Shown: positions 18,734 to 28,264, counted from the first letter of the stretch. The stretch: 64,000 nucleotides of DNA from an uncultured bacterium (GCA_964515295.1 CAZETW010000001.1:367-64366), one strand, 5' to 3'. Notes: generated by a model from the letters alone, not told the origin. Translations and numbers: made by a program.

Positions 18734-21700
18734 CTATTTCAATTTAACCATCTTAATAACTTCAAACTTTTCCTTGCTGCTCAATCTGCAAAAATACAAA
18801 CCGCTTACCACCTCATTACCATTATCATCCAATCCGTCCCATTTAATATCATATTTACCCCGATTCTGCATTTTATCAACCAAACATCTGACCATCCTTC
18901 CCTTGGAATTATATATCATCAATTTGATCCAACCACTCTTTTCTATTTGATAATTAATTGTAGTTTCCGGATTAAAAGGATTGGGATAATTGGATATCAA
19001 TTTAAAGTTTAACTGGTTTTCAAAATCATCATTAATACCTGTATGAACAACAAAATTATCTTTATAATATTCAGAATTATTAATACACCAATATTTACAC
19101 TCAATATTAGTCTCCTGTTTCTGTTGAGATATATACCTAAAATAAACTTTTAAAAACTCCTGAATATCTTTAACTGGTTCTAAGCCAAATAAGGCAATTT
19201 TAATTTCACCTGAAACAGAATTATTATATATAAGATGGAATTTTTCAAGAGATGTATTCTTTTCAATATCAACAAATTCAAGAATCGTGGGATCATACTC
19301 TAACCATATATTTGCAGATAAAAGAGAAGATTCATTGGTAACGAGCAAAGGAAGACAGAATTCATCATTCCCGTCAGTTTTTACTATTGTTGGAGAATTA
19401 ACCGTTACAGTTTTTCCAATTTTCTTCTTTTGATTCCAGTCACCATCTATATCACCCAGAATATAAGAAGTAAAGTCTTGATCAGTAATATGTTCCGATA
19501 CATAATTACAGGTCTGGGATTCAGGATAAAAACGCCATGCCCCAGCTTGAGAAGATTCTGAATCAGTAATCCCTATTGATTTTTTGGCAATATAAACAGC
19601 ATCAAGCATATCAATGATGCCGTTTGTGTCTACATCAGCTGCTTTTAATGAATATCCTGACAATGAATCTAATCCAACTGTATGCCGTGCAGCCAAAACT
19701 GCATCATATGCTGAAATTGTAAAATAGTCAATGTCTTCATCTTTTTCTTTATAAGCAGAGACAGTAATACTGTCAGATTTTGAAACTTCAGGAAAAATAT
19801 AATATCCCTTACTATCGGTAATACTCTCTTTGTTTACAGTACCCTGCATCTGAAGTTGTGTGTCTGACACACCTGCACTATCCTGATAATATATTACTTC
19901 ACCAGAAAAAGAATAATCATTGACCCCTGTATCAATTATTATATTATTCTTTTCATATTCTGTGTTGTTAATTCTGAAATACTGCCACCGCAGAGTTGTT
20001 TCTTCAATTTCCTTAGTAATAACTCTAAAAGTGAGAGTGATAAACTGTTCAGTATTTTTCCTATATTTTGTACCGAACATTACGATCTTAAACATTCCCG
20101 GGATAGAATCATTATAAGTCATATGAACATTTGTCAAGTCCTCTGATTTATGTATGTCAATTAATTCAAGAGCAGATTCATTGTATTCACCCCAAATATC
20201 TGCACAACCCAGTGAATCTCCTTCATTAAGGCTCAAAGGAATGCTGAATTCATATGCTGCTGTTAAAATTCTATCAGCTGCAATACTATTCTTATCATGA
20301 ACCTTTTCAAATTTTACAGATTGCGCACTTTGATAATTTAACCAATCACCGTTAACATCTCCAAGTATATAAGCAGTAAAATCTTTTTCAACATTTTCCT
20401 TAATGTTTTCACAGAAGAAAGACACTGGTGAAAACTTCCATTCTCTTGCACCTGAAAACTCCTGATCATCAACATCAACCGCTGCTCTGGCAATGTAGTG
20501 TGCATCCGACATCTCTATACTGCCATTGTTATCAACATCTGCAGCCTCGGCAGCTATCCCATATAAATGTTCTATATTAACTGCATGCCGTGCGGTCAAA
20601 AAAGCATCATAAGAAGAAATGACCAGACCTTCAACATCTTCTGCCTTCTCTTTAGAAGGAGTGACTGATATATTATTACCAGCCTTTATTCCCAGAAACT
20701 GATATATACCGCTATTATTGGTAAATGTTTCATCCTCTTTTCCACCCTGCATTTTCATTCTTACATCAGGAACAAATTTATTGTGTTTAAAATACTTGAC
20801 TTTTCCGTTAAAAGAAAATGTCCTGAGATCAAGTAAGATATCTTCCTTCTCAAACCAAGTATCATTAATTCTGTAATGTTGCCAATACATTTGTGTTGTA
20901 TCATCTATAACATCAGGAATTATATTAAAAATTATCTGTATGAATTCATCTTCTTCCCATACCGACACTGAATTGAACAGAGCGATCTTTAAAATACCGG
21001 GAACACTGCTATTATACACCAATTGAAAATCATCGGTTAATGAAGTAGTTTTAATATCCTGAACTGAGAATAAGGACGGATCGTATTCTAACCATAAATC
21101 AGAAGATAACATCAGCATATTCCCAGGCAAAGTCAGCCCGATAGTAACAGTGCTGTCACCATGATAAACCTCATAATAATCATGGTTATGTATCACCTTA
21201 TTGTTTATTGACCCCTCTGGTGTAGTCCAGTTACCATCCACATCACCTAAAAGCCAGGAAACAAAATTCTGTCCCCCGAAATTTGATTCCATCATTCTTT
21301 CTATATGAATCTGAGGAGGATCAAATTTCCAGTCTCCAGCCCGAGAACCATTGCTGTTGGGCAATCCTACTGCCTTTTTGGCTATCAATAAAGGATCTGT
21401 TTGATCAATAATATTATTTTCATTAACATCTGCTGCCTTTGCAGAAAAACCTGTTAGATTTTTTATCCCTTCAGCTGCACGGGCAGTTAATGCCGCATCA
21501 TAAGCAGAAATTGTACATTCTCCAACATCTGAATCACTGGTCTTGAAAGCTGTTATATTTAAATTGTTGTATCCTCTATCAACCGGAAATTTATATAAAC
21601 CATTATTATTTGAATATGTATCCAATGACTTAGAACCGCTTATCTGAAGCTTAACAGATGGTACGTCTCGGTTTTGCTTATAATAATCGACCTTTCCACT

Positions 21701-23260
21701 AACGATAAAACTATGGTAATACACCCTGTCTTCTTCTGTAATAGTAATAAAGGTATCAGCTGGTACTAACATTTCTCTTTGAACAATACCACTCGGCCAG
21801 TAAATAATCAGACTGTCAACCACACTGTTTCCAGCCAGTCCAAATTCAACCGGTAAACTGTCCATTTTATATCCATCCCCGCCCAAAACCTGCCTCATTT
21901 GCAGCTTTCCGTTTGTATATGCAACTACCCTGGAACTTATTCCGTCTCTGTTGGATTCGTCTCCAACCAGTTTGACATGCAGCCAGTGATTTTCACCACC
22001 TGAATTCTCAAATAATGTTGTATAGTACTTAGGAGGATCTTTATCAGTTCTTGCAAGAAAAATATCAAGATAACCGTCCTGATTATAATCTGCAATCGGG
22101 GCTGAATAATTAAAACGGGTATTTTCTTTGATGTTTGCACTTCCGGCAACATCAGTAAAGGTTCCATCCCCATTATTCCTGTATAAACGAAAACCTGATC
22201 CTAAACTGGAAACTACCAATATATCAATATATCCATCATTATTGAAATCGGCTACAGATAATCCTCCTCCATAAGGGGCACGACCAAGTTTTTCCCATAA
22301 ACCGGATCCCTGGGTCACCTCAGTAAAAGTACCGTCTTTGTTATTCTTGTACAGTATTGATTTATCATCACATCTCCTGGTATAGAGATCAAACCATCCA
22401 TCATTATTGTAATCTAAAAATATTGCTCCATAAAATCTGTTTTGTTTTACTATCCCCCGCTCTTCAGTTTCCTCAGAAAATGTACCATCTCCGTTATTTA
22501 TAAACAGACGACAATCTGTTTCATAATTAGCATCAAAAAAATCCATATAACCATCATTGTTGATATCAGCAAATGCAAATCCCCAGATATCCTTAGAATC
22601 ACGGATATAATCTAAGCCTGCCTCTTTACTTTGAAGTAAAAATTTTGCATTATCAATATTTCTGTAAACCAGTAAAGAAGGATTACTATACCGGGTGTCA
22701 CCAAAACTGAATAAATCCAAAAGACCGTCATTATTATAATCCACAAATGCAACATTTCTTCCTCTGTTTTTATGATACACTTTGGAATTATTGGTAGCAT
22801 TCCAGAAAATACCATCATTATCCTGCCAGTATAACAGTACTTTTTCTGTTGGATAGTGACCATTAGCAATCACAAAATCTGTTTTTCCATTATTATCAAA
22901 ATCTGCTGCTGCAAATCCCTGAGCGCTTGTACGCGGACTGGAGCCCGAAACTCTGGCCTGCTTGGTTACATTTTTAAACGTCCCGTCTCCCATATTCTTG
23001 AGGAGAGCGTGAGGAAGATTCAACCCGGACCAGTCTCCAAAACTTTCATTATGCACTATAAATATATCAGGCAAATTATCTCCGTTATAATCAAAGAAAC
23101 CAGATCCGTGCGTATTGCATACTACATTAGTTTTGGTTTTCCCTCCGACATTTTTAAAATGTATCTTTTGAGTTTGTGAAAAAAGCATCTGATCACCAAA
23201 CAAACTGCAAATCAGGAGTATTGAAACTTTTAAAATTATTTTCTTCATATTACTACCCAT
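18734..23260 (-). CDS. T9SS-secreted 1508-aa protein: CRTAC1-like FG-GAP/VCBS repeats + ASPIC/UnbV domain, three ~300-aa tandem modules with dockerin-like Ca-loops, C-terminal T9SS sorting domain
   Basis: Signal peptide. Seven D-x-N-x-D-G-x-x-D repeats, then the UnbV/ASPIC block (GGENHWLHVKLVGDESNRDGI..GDGY..S.....FGL....V..L.IYWPSG). Three paralogous modules each carry IS(A/S)YDA.L(T/A)AR...AADV(N/D)xNG.I(D/E) and ILGDV(N/D)GDW. The C-terminus NYPNPFNPETTINYQ...KLMIYNSKGRMV is a type-A T9SS CTD. Confidence 0.8.
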   Translation of the reverse strand: MGSNMKKIILKVSILLICSLFGDQMLFSQTQKIHFKNVGGKTKTNVVCNTHGSGFFDYNGDNLPDIFIVHNESFGDWSGLNLPHALLKNMGDGTFKNVTKQARVSGSSPRTSAQGFAAADFDNNGKTDFVIANGHYPTEKVLLYWQDNDGIFWNATNNSKVYHKNRGRNVAFVDYNNDGLLDLFSFGDTRYSNPSLLVYRNIDNAKFLLQSKEAGLDYIRDSKDIWGFAFADINNDGYMDFFDANYETDCRLFINNGDGTFSEETEERGIVKQNRFYGAIFLDYNNDGWFDLYTRRCDDKSILYKNNKDGTFTEVTQGSGLWEKLGRAPYGGGLSVADFNNDGYIDILVVSSLGSGFRLYRNNGDGTFTDVAGSANIKENTRFNYSAPIADYNQDGYLDIFLARTDKDPPKYYTTLFENSGGENHWLHVKLVGDESNRDGISSRVVAYTNGKLQMRQVLGGDGYKMDSLPVEFGLAGNSVVDSLIIYWPSGIVQREMLVPADTFITITEEDRVYYHSFIVSGKVDYYKQNRDVPSVKLQISGSKSLDTYSNNNGLYKFPVDRGYNNLNITAFKTSDSDVGECTISAYDAALTARAAEGIKNLTGFSAKAADVNENNIIDQTDPLLIAKKAVGLPNSNGSRAGDWKFDPPQIHIERMMESNFGGQNFVSWLLGDVDGNWTTPEGSINNKVIHNHDYYEVYHGDSTVTIGLTLPGNMLMLSSDLWLEYDPSLFSVQDIKTTSLTDDFQLVYNSSVPGILKIALFNSVSVWEEDEFIQIIFNIIPDVIDDTTQMYWQHYRINDTWFEKEDILLDLRTFSFNGKVKYFKHNKFVPDVRMKMQGGKEDETFTNNSGIYQFLGIKAGNNISVTPSKEKAEDVEGLVISSYDAFLTARHAVNIEHLYGIAAEAADVDNNGSIEMSDAHYIARAAVDVDDQEFSGAREWKFSPVSFFCENIKENVEKDFTAYILGDVNGDWLNYQSAQSVKFEKVHDKNSIAADRILTAAYEFSIPLSLNEGDSLGCADIWGEYNESALELIDIHKSEDLTNVHMTYNDSIPGMFKIVMFGTKYRKNTEQFITLTFRVITKEIEETTLRWQYFRINNTEYEKNNIIIDTGVNDYSFSGEVIYYQDSAGVSDTQLQMQGTVNKESITDSKGYYIFPEVSKSDSITVSAYKEKDEDIDYFTISAYDAVLAARHTVGLDSLSGYSLKAADVDTNGIIDMLDAVYIAKKSIGITDSESSQAGAWRFYPESQTCNYVSEHITDQDFTSYILGDIDGDWNQKKKIGKTVTVNSPTIVKTDGNDEFCLPLLVTNESSLLSANIWLEYDPTILEFVDIEKNTSLEKFHLIYNNSVSGEIKIALFGLEPVKDIQEFLKVYFRYISQQKQETNIECKYWCINNSEYYKDNFVVHTGINDDFENQLNFKLISNYPNPFNPETTINYQIEKSGWIKLMIYNSKGRMVRCLVDKMQNRGKYDIKWDGLDDNGNEVVSGLYFCRLSSKEKFEVIKMVKLK
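19018..21718 (-). repeat. Intragenic triplication: three ~900-nt tandem modules inside the 1508-aa cargo gene
   Basis: Protein-level periodicity of ~300 aa (module starts near aa 515, 816, 1116) with conserved motif order. DNA identity looks diverged, so the copies are old paralogous modules rather than recent duplicates. Confidence 0.6.
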
Positions 23261-23289
23261 AATATAAATTACATATAATATTTCTTAAT

Positions 23290-24327
23290 TTATGCAAAAG
23301 GTATTTTAGTCATCGTATAATCCGGATCAGGATGTATGGTGGCAGTCCATATCATAGCTTTACGCATAATATTTCCGATCAAAGGCCAGGACTTCATTCT
23401 ATGTACGCTCTGAGCAAGAGATCTGCTGTAATCAAACGGAGGCTGAGAGTAATCATATTCATGCAGTCTCTGATACCGATCACAAAAACCCCATCGTTCA
23501 ACCAATTTATTAGGGGACTGAGTTTTAAATTTCACGATAATTTCTTTTTTCTTCTGTAATTGAGCATCTGTCATTTTTAAATAATAAACCTTGTCATTAC
23601 GCACAGGTTCAGGAGGATAATCATAACTGACTAATGGTATAAATCGTGTAAGTCCTGATAAAATCTTTTCCGGAGTTGTTTTAAAAGACATAAAGAAATT
23701 ATATATTGGCGATTCATAAACAGCGCAACGCAAATCCAGCTTATCTAAAGCTTTACTGACCATATAATTTGTCACATCATGCTGATAATGTCCACCCTCA
23801 TAAAGAGGTATAAATATTGTTTCTGGTCTTGCCCCTTTTATATATGTACTGATCCGATCGATACCTTCATCAATTTCATCTCTGGTGAGAAAACTTTCAT
23901 TATTCGTATAGGGCAAAAATTCTATTGTTACTGAATCTTTCCCTAAAACAGACCAAGCATCTAATGCCTCCTGTTTACGGGTAACCTTATCATCTTTATA
24001 GCCATCAGTAGTATAAAGAATGTTCACATGTCCCCCCTTTTCAACTGTCTGAACTGCATATCCCCCGGCCAAAGCAACACAATCATCCTGATGAGGAGCA
24101 ATAATCAAAATATTCTCACCATGTGACTGAATAAATGTTTTATTTTGATTTCTTATCTTATAGAATAACCACATAACAAATGCTGAATACATCAAAAATA
24201 AAAAACATACACCACACACCAATAATTTTAACCATAATGAGACAGGTATTACAAATACCACAATTAGGATAATTGAAGAAACCAAAATTAAAACTATCAT
24301 TCTTAATGTAAAATTTTTACTTGCCAT
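23290..24327 (-). CDS. PIG-L / LmbE-family (CE14) N-acetylglucosaminyl deacetylase with N-terminal membrane anchor
   Basis: Two N-terminal TM helices, then ILIIAPHQDDCVALAGG (the family HPDDE-type motif) and a downstream His-x-x-Asp metal-ligand block (GGHYQHD). 30 nt upstream of the 1508-aa cargo gene. Confidence 0.78.
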   Translation of the reverse strand: MASKNFTLRMIVLILVSSIILIVVFVIPVSLWLKLLVCGVCFLFLMYSAFVMWLFYKIRNQNKTFIQSHGENILIIAPHQDDCVALAGGYAVQTVEKGGHVNILYTTDGYKDDKVTRKQEALDAWSVLGKDSVTIEFLPYTNNESFLTRDEIDEGIDRISTYIKGARPETIFIPLYEGGHYQHDVTNYMVSKALDKLDLRCAVYESPIYNFFMSFKTTPEKILSGLTRFIPLVSYDYPPEPVRNDKVYYLKMTDAQLQKKKEIIVKFKTQSPNKLVERWGFCDRYQRLHEYDYSQPPFDYSRSLAQSVHRMKSWPLIGNIMRKAMIWTATIHPDPDYTMTKIPFA

Positions 24328-24332
24328 TACCT

Positions 24333-24566
24333 TTAATTCTTTTGAATAACTTTATAAATTTTTTCAATTGTTGAAAAATTATCTTCTGTTATATCCTCAA
24401 TTTGTATCACAACATTCAAATGTTCATCAATATAAGAAAGAAATTCTACAATCCCATAAGAATCAAGTATATTTTTCTCAAACAAATCTTCATCATCCTC
24501 AGGCGAATAATCACTATATTCTTTAAAAAAATCTCTCAATGTCTCTTTAATATGATCTTTATCCAT
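24333..24566 (-). CDS. Stand-alone acyl/aminoacyl carrier protein (ACP/DltC-like)
   Basis: 77 aa, acidic, with a putative phosphopantetheine-attachment serine in the LDSYGIVEFL helix-II context. Sits between the acyltransferase and deacetylase genes with 5-12 nt gaps. Confidence 0.55.
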   Translation of the reverse strand: MDKDHIKETLRDFFKEYSDYSPEDDEDLFEKNILDSYGIVEFLSYIDEHLNVVIQIEDITEDNFSTIEKIYKVIQKN

Positions 24567-24578
24567 TAATCCCTCATA

Positions 24579-25439
24579 TTATAAATTAAATAATACCAGC
24601 TCAGAATACAGATTGTCAATATCATATCTCCTCAGTTCAGAAGACCTGAATAATGGTTTATTTTTTAACTTTAATTTTTTGGAAAAAGCAACTCTCCTGC
24701 CTTCTATAAAACGCTCATCAATGACTATTGCCAGAACTTTAAACTTAGAACATAACCAAAAACGAAATGAATTAAAATACTTGTTAAATACTTCTAAATC
24801 ACTAATATAATGAACTCTGGCCATGAGGAACGGCATTTTTTTTCTTACCATCCTCGTCATTACAATATAACACTTTCCCTTTGAAGTTTTAATTAATATA
24901 TGATGACAATATCTGAATTGATGATCAAGAAAAATACTCCTGTTATGATCATCCAGTTCTTTGTTCACTACTTTTTTATCTTCAATAAAAGAAATATCAG
25001 GAAATCTCTTTATTATATTCGGTAGAGGAAAAATAAATCTGTAATAAGATTCAAGCTGCTTAAATCCAGCTCTCTTTAAAAGATTATACACTTCCTTAGA
25101 TGGAGTAAAATCTGTAATAGTATATGATTTCAGTTTTAGGACAGGCTGAAGCATAAAAATACTCTTACTCCGGTATTTTTCATATACTATCCAAGAGGTT
25201 AAATTACAAAATTTATACTTTTCTCCATTTATTATTCGTTGATTGAATAAAAGCCCTAAAAATCCTACTGCCTCATTCTGATCCATCATAATGTATCCAC
25301 AATACCCTTCATCTGTATCCCAGTTCTGATAAAACAGTCTTTTCCAATCTTTCCGGGTCATATAACGGGCATTGAAATCCTTTAATAAAGGATATATCAA
25401 TTCAAAATCTTCTTTTACAGCTTTTCTTATTTTGGCCAT
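24579..25439 (-). CDS. GNAT-fold / Fem-like acyltransferase (hypothetical)
   Basis: 286 aa. N-terminus MAKIRKAVKEDFELIYPLLKDF is GNAT-like; size and organisation resemble FemXAB/VimA-type aminoacyl or acyl transferases. No strong motif identification. Stop overlaps the decarboxylase start. Confidence 0.4.
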   Translation of the reverse strand: MAKIRKAVKEDFELIYPLLKDFNARYMTRKDWKRLFYQNWDTDEGYCGYIMMDQNEAVGFLGLLFNQRIINGEKYKFCNLTSWIVYEKYRSKSIFMLQPVLKLKSYTITDFTPSKEVYNLLKRAGFKQLESYYRFIFPLPNIIKRFPDISFIEDKKVVNKELDDHNRSIFLDHQFRYCHHILIKTSKGKCYIVMTRMVRKKMPFLMARVHYISDLEVFNKYFNSFRFWLCSKFKVLAIVIDERFIEGRRVAFSKKLKLKNKPLFRSSELRRYDIDNLYSELVLFNL

Positions 25440-25442
25440 GTA

Positions 25443-26690
25443 TTAACTCACACTTGGTATTTTCTTTACGTTATCATAACCATAAACCATAATCTCAACA
25501 GGTTCAGGATGTGATAAAAACAAGAGAGGACTTGCGGTAAGCGCATAGGCTCCTGAATTCATGAATCCGATGTAATTCCCTCTAGTTACCTGAGGTATCT
25601 CTACCTTACTGCCCATAATATCAATTGTTGTACATAAAGGCCCCACAAAAGTAACAAATTCGGATTTTTTATTATCAGGATTAGAAAGATTGATAATTTT
25701 AAAATTCTTTCGTATAACCTGCCCGAAATTCCCACTGGCTGCCAAATGATGGTTCATTCCCCCGTTAAGCACACAATATACTGTATCTCTGGAATTCTTT
25801 TTATCAACCACTTGAGTAATATAATACCCTGCTTCAGCCATTATAAATCTGCCCAGTTCTATAATACCGGTAAGTGTTGGTAAATTTTGCTTTTTTTTAA
25901 AATCAGAAAATACTTTACTTAAAGTAATGGATACATCCTCAGCAGGCAGACTGCTTTGTTCTTTATAATAAGGCACTCCAAATCCGCCTCCGAAATTAAT
26001 CTGCTGAGGCACAACACCGAATCCTTTAATAAATGTTTTTACAATTTTCATTGTATTCTTAAAATTATTTATCAGGGCTTCAGGTATCAGACACTGCGTT
26101 CCGGAATATACATGATACCCGACAAAATTACAGTTACTGCTTTTCTCCAGCAATGCAAAAAATTCTCCGCAGCTCTCTTCATCAATTCCAAACTGTGAGG
26201 ATCTGCCGCCCATTTTAATAGCAAATTCCTTAAATACCTGTGCCGGATTTATTCTCAAAGAAACATTAGCATTAGTATTTAACTCCTCAGCAATCTTCTG
26301 GATTCTTTTCAATTCGTTTATGGATTCTATACTGATAGATCCGATGTTATGTTTAATGGCCTCTTTTAATTCATCATCACTCTTTCCCGGTCCGGCAAAA
26401 CTCATATACTCAGCCTTAAATCCTCCCTTCAGGGAAAGCTGTAATTCTCCCCCTGAAGAAATGTCCGCACCGTCTGTCTCCTGACTGAGCATGTTAAGCA
26501 GTTCTGTATTGGGATTTGCTTTTACTGCATAATATAATTCAATATCATCCCCTAAATTATTTTTTAACATTCTGATCCGATCCCGGACAAAACGCATATC
26601 GTACACATAACAGGGTGTTCCATATTCCATAACAATTCTGATGAGATCAATTCCTTTAAAAGGGGTTGTAATTGTGTCTGCTTTACTCAT
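25443..26690 (-). CDS. PLP-dependent decarboxylase, Orn/DAP/Arg decarboxylase family 2 (LysA/BtrK-like)
   Basis: PLP-lysine motif YYAVKANPN near the N-terminus, TIM-barrel plus beta-sandwich organisation, C-terminal GPLCTTIDIMG and SGAY blocks equivalent to LysA GPLCESGD/GAY. Confidence 0.85.
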   Translation of the reverse strand: MSKADTITTPFKGIDLIRIVMEYGTPCYVYDMRFVRDRIRMLKNNLGDDIELYYAVKANPNTELLNMLSQETDGADISSGGELQLSLKGGFKAEYMSFAGPGKSDDELKEAIKHNIGSISIESINELKRIQKIAEELNTNANVSLRINPAQVFKEFAIKMGGRSSQFGIDEESCGEFFALLEKSSNCNFVGYHVYSGTQCLIPEALINNFKNTMKIVKTFIKGFGVVPQQINFGGGFGVPYYKEQSSLPAEDVSITLSKVFSDFKKKQNLPTLTGIIELGRFIMAEAGYYITQVVDKKNSRDTVYCVLNGGMNHHLAASGNFGQVIRKNFKIINLSNPDNKKSEFVTFVGPLCTTIDIMGSKVEIPQVTRGNYIGFMNSGAYALTASPLLFLSHPEPVEIMVYGYDNVKKIPSVS

Positions 26691-28254
26691 TGTTACACTC
26701 TTGCATAACCTTTGTCCGGTCGATCTTGCCGTTGGAAGTCAAGGGAAAATTGTCCCGCACCACGATATCATCCGGAACCAGATAAAAGGGGAATTCCTGT
26801 TTGCACTTCATGAGGATCTTTTCAGCTGACCACTCAGCATTGTTTAATTGTATAATTGCTCTTAAGTTAATACTATCATTTTCCTCATATCCGGTTACCA
26901 CACATTCTGCCACACCCTCAAAATTATTAATAAGTTCTTCAACTTCACTGGGACTTACCCGATACCCCTTTGTTTTTATCATATTATCTTTCCGGCCTAT
27001 AAAATATAGGAATCCATCCTCATCCTTTTTTACAATATCCCCTGAAAAAACAACCGTTTCCAGATGAGCATTCCTTTTTGAAAGAAAGGGATTAGGTTTA
27101 AATACCTCTCTTGTTTTTTCAGGATTATTCCAGTACCCTTTGGAGATCAAGGCGCCTCTGTGTATAAGTTCTCCCTCTTCATGAGGGCCACATTCTTTGC
27201 CTTTTTTATTGATAACCATTAACTGAACATTCGGAACTGCCTTTCCTATAGAATCAGGACGACTATCGATCTGAGCAGGATCAAGATATGTTGATCTGAA
27301 TGCCTCAGTAAGTCCGTACATAAGATATATCTTTGCCTGCGAAAATAAACTTCTTAGTTTTTTGACTGTAGATACCGGTACTTTTCCACCTGTATTGGTA
27401 ATGACTCTGATCCTGGAAAAATCATAATTTTTAGACAAATCAGTTAATTTAGGATGAAATATCTTAGACCATATAGGTGTCATGCCGGCAAATACAGTTA
27501 TCTGTTTATTATCAAGAATCTGTAAAAGATCATTGGGTAGAAAAAATCTGTGCAGATATATTGTTGCCCCCATATACAGAGTATTGATTAACTGATTAAA
27601 TCCGTAATCAAAATTGAATGGTAAAGCACCGATCATTCGATCATTAGATTTTAAACCGGTATACTGACTGACAATTTTACCACCATCAATTGTGTTCCGA
27701 TGAGAAATCACTATTCCTTTTGGCTGTCCGGTTGAACCGGATGTATATATAATATGTGAAGTATCCTCACTTATACGACAACACTCACTATTATATTCCG
27801 GCAGAGAATCCCAGGTCCCGTCAAATACAATTGTTTTTTTAAAAATATCAGTATTATCTCCATAAAACACTAATGCTCTCTCTACACCTGCGTTTTTAAA
27901 CACTGAAAAATTATTCCTGATCCTTTTATGAGAAGTAATAATAGTTGATATCCCGGCATCCTTGATAATATGGTATATCTGTTTCTCTCTCAGGATTGAG
28001 TTTATGATAATCAGCACAGCACCAGCATAAAATACTCCTAATATAGAAACCACCTGATCTATTGAACGGTCCATGAATACACCAATATGTTCTCCTGGTT
28101 TTACACCCAGATCCTGTAACCTTCCGGCTATTTTCCGGGAATAATCAACAGTCTCTTTATAAGTAAGGCTGTTATCAGCTTCTTCCAGACAGATTTTATC
28201 AGGAAATTTTTTTCCTGATTCTTCCAGTAAATGTTGTATTAAATATGGCCGCAT
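26683..28254 (-). CDS. AMP-dependent synthetase/ligase (adenylate-forming enzyme; DltA / acyl-CoA-synthetase superfamily)
   Basis: IIYTSGSTGQPKGIVISHRN (A3 core), YGLTE, SGD, and GRKDNMIKTKGYRVSPSEVE (A8) motifs. 8-nt overlap with the decarboxylase start. Confidence 0.9.
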   Translation of the reverse strand: MRPYLIQHLLEESGKKFPDKICLEEADNSLTYKETVDYSRKIAGRLQDLGVKPGEHIGVFMDRSIDQVVSILGVFYAGAVLIIINSILREKQIYHIIKDAGISTIITSHKRIRNNFSVFKNAGVERALVFYGDNTDIFKKTIVFDGTWDSLPEYNSECCRISEDTSHIIYTSGSTGQPKGIVISHRNTIDGGKIVSQYTGLKSNDRMIGALPFNFDYGFNQLINTLYMGATIYLHRFFLPNDLLQILDNKQITVFAGMTPIWSKIFHPKLTDLSKNYDFSRIRVITNTGGKVPVSTVKKLRSLFSQAKIYLMYGLTEAFRSTYLDPAQIDSRPDSIGKAVPNVQLMVINKKGKECGPHEEGELIHRGALISKGYWNNPEKTREVFKPNPFLSKRNAHLETVVFSGDIVKKDEDGFLYFIGRKDNMIKTKGYRVSPSEVEELINNFEGVAECVVTGYEENDSINLRAIIQLNNAEWSAEKILMKCKQEFPFYLVPDDIVVRDNFPLTSNGKIDRTKVMQECNNE

Positions 28255-28264
28255 ATTCTCTGTC

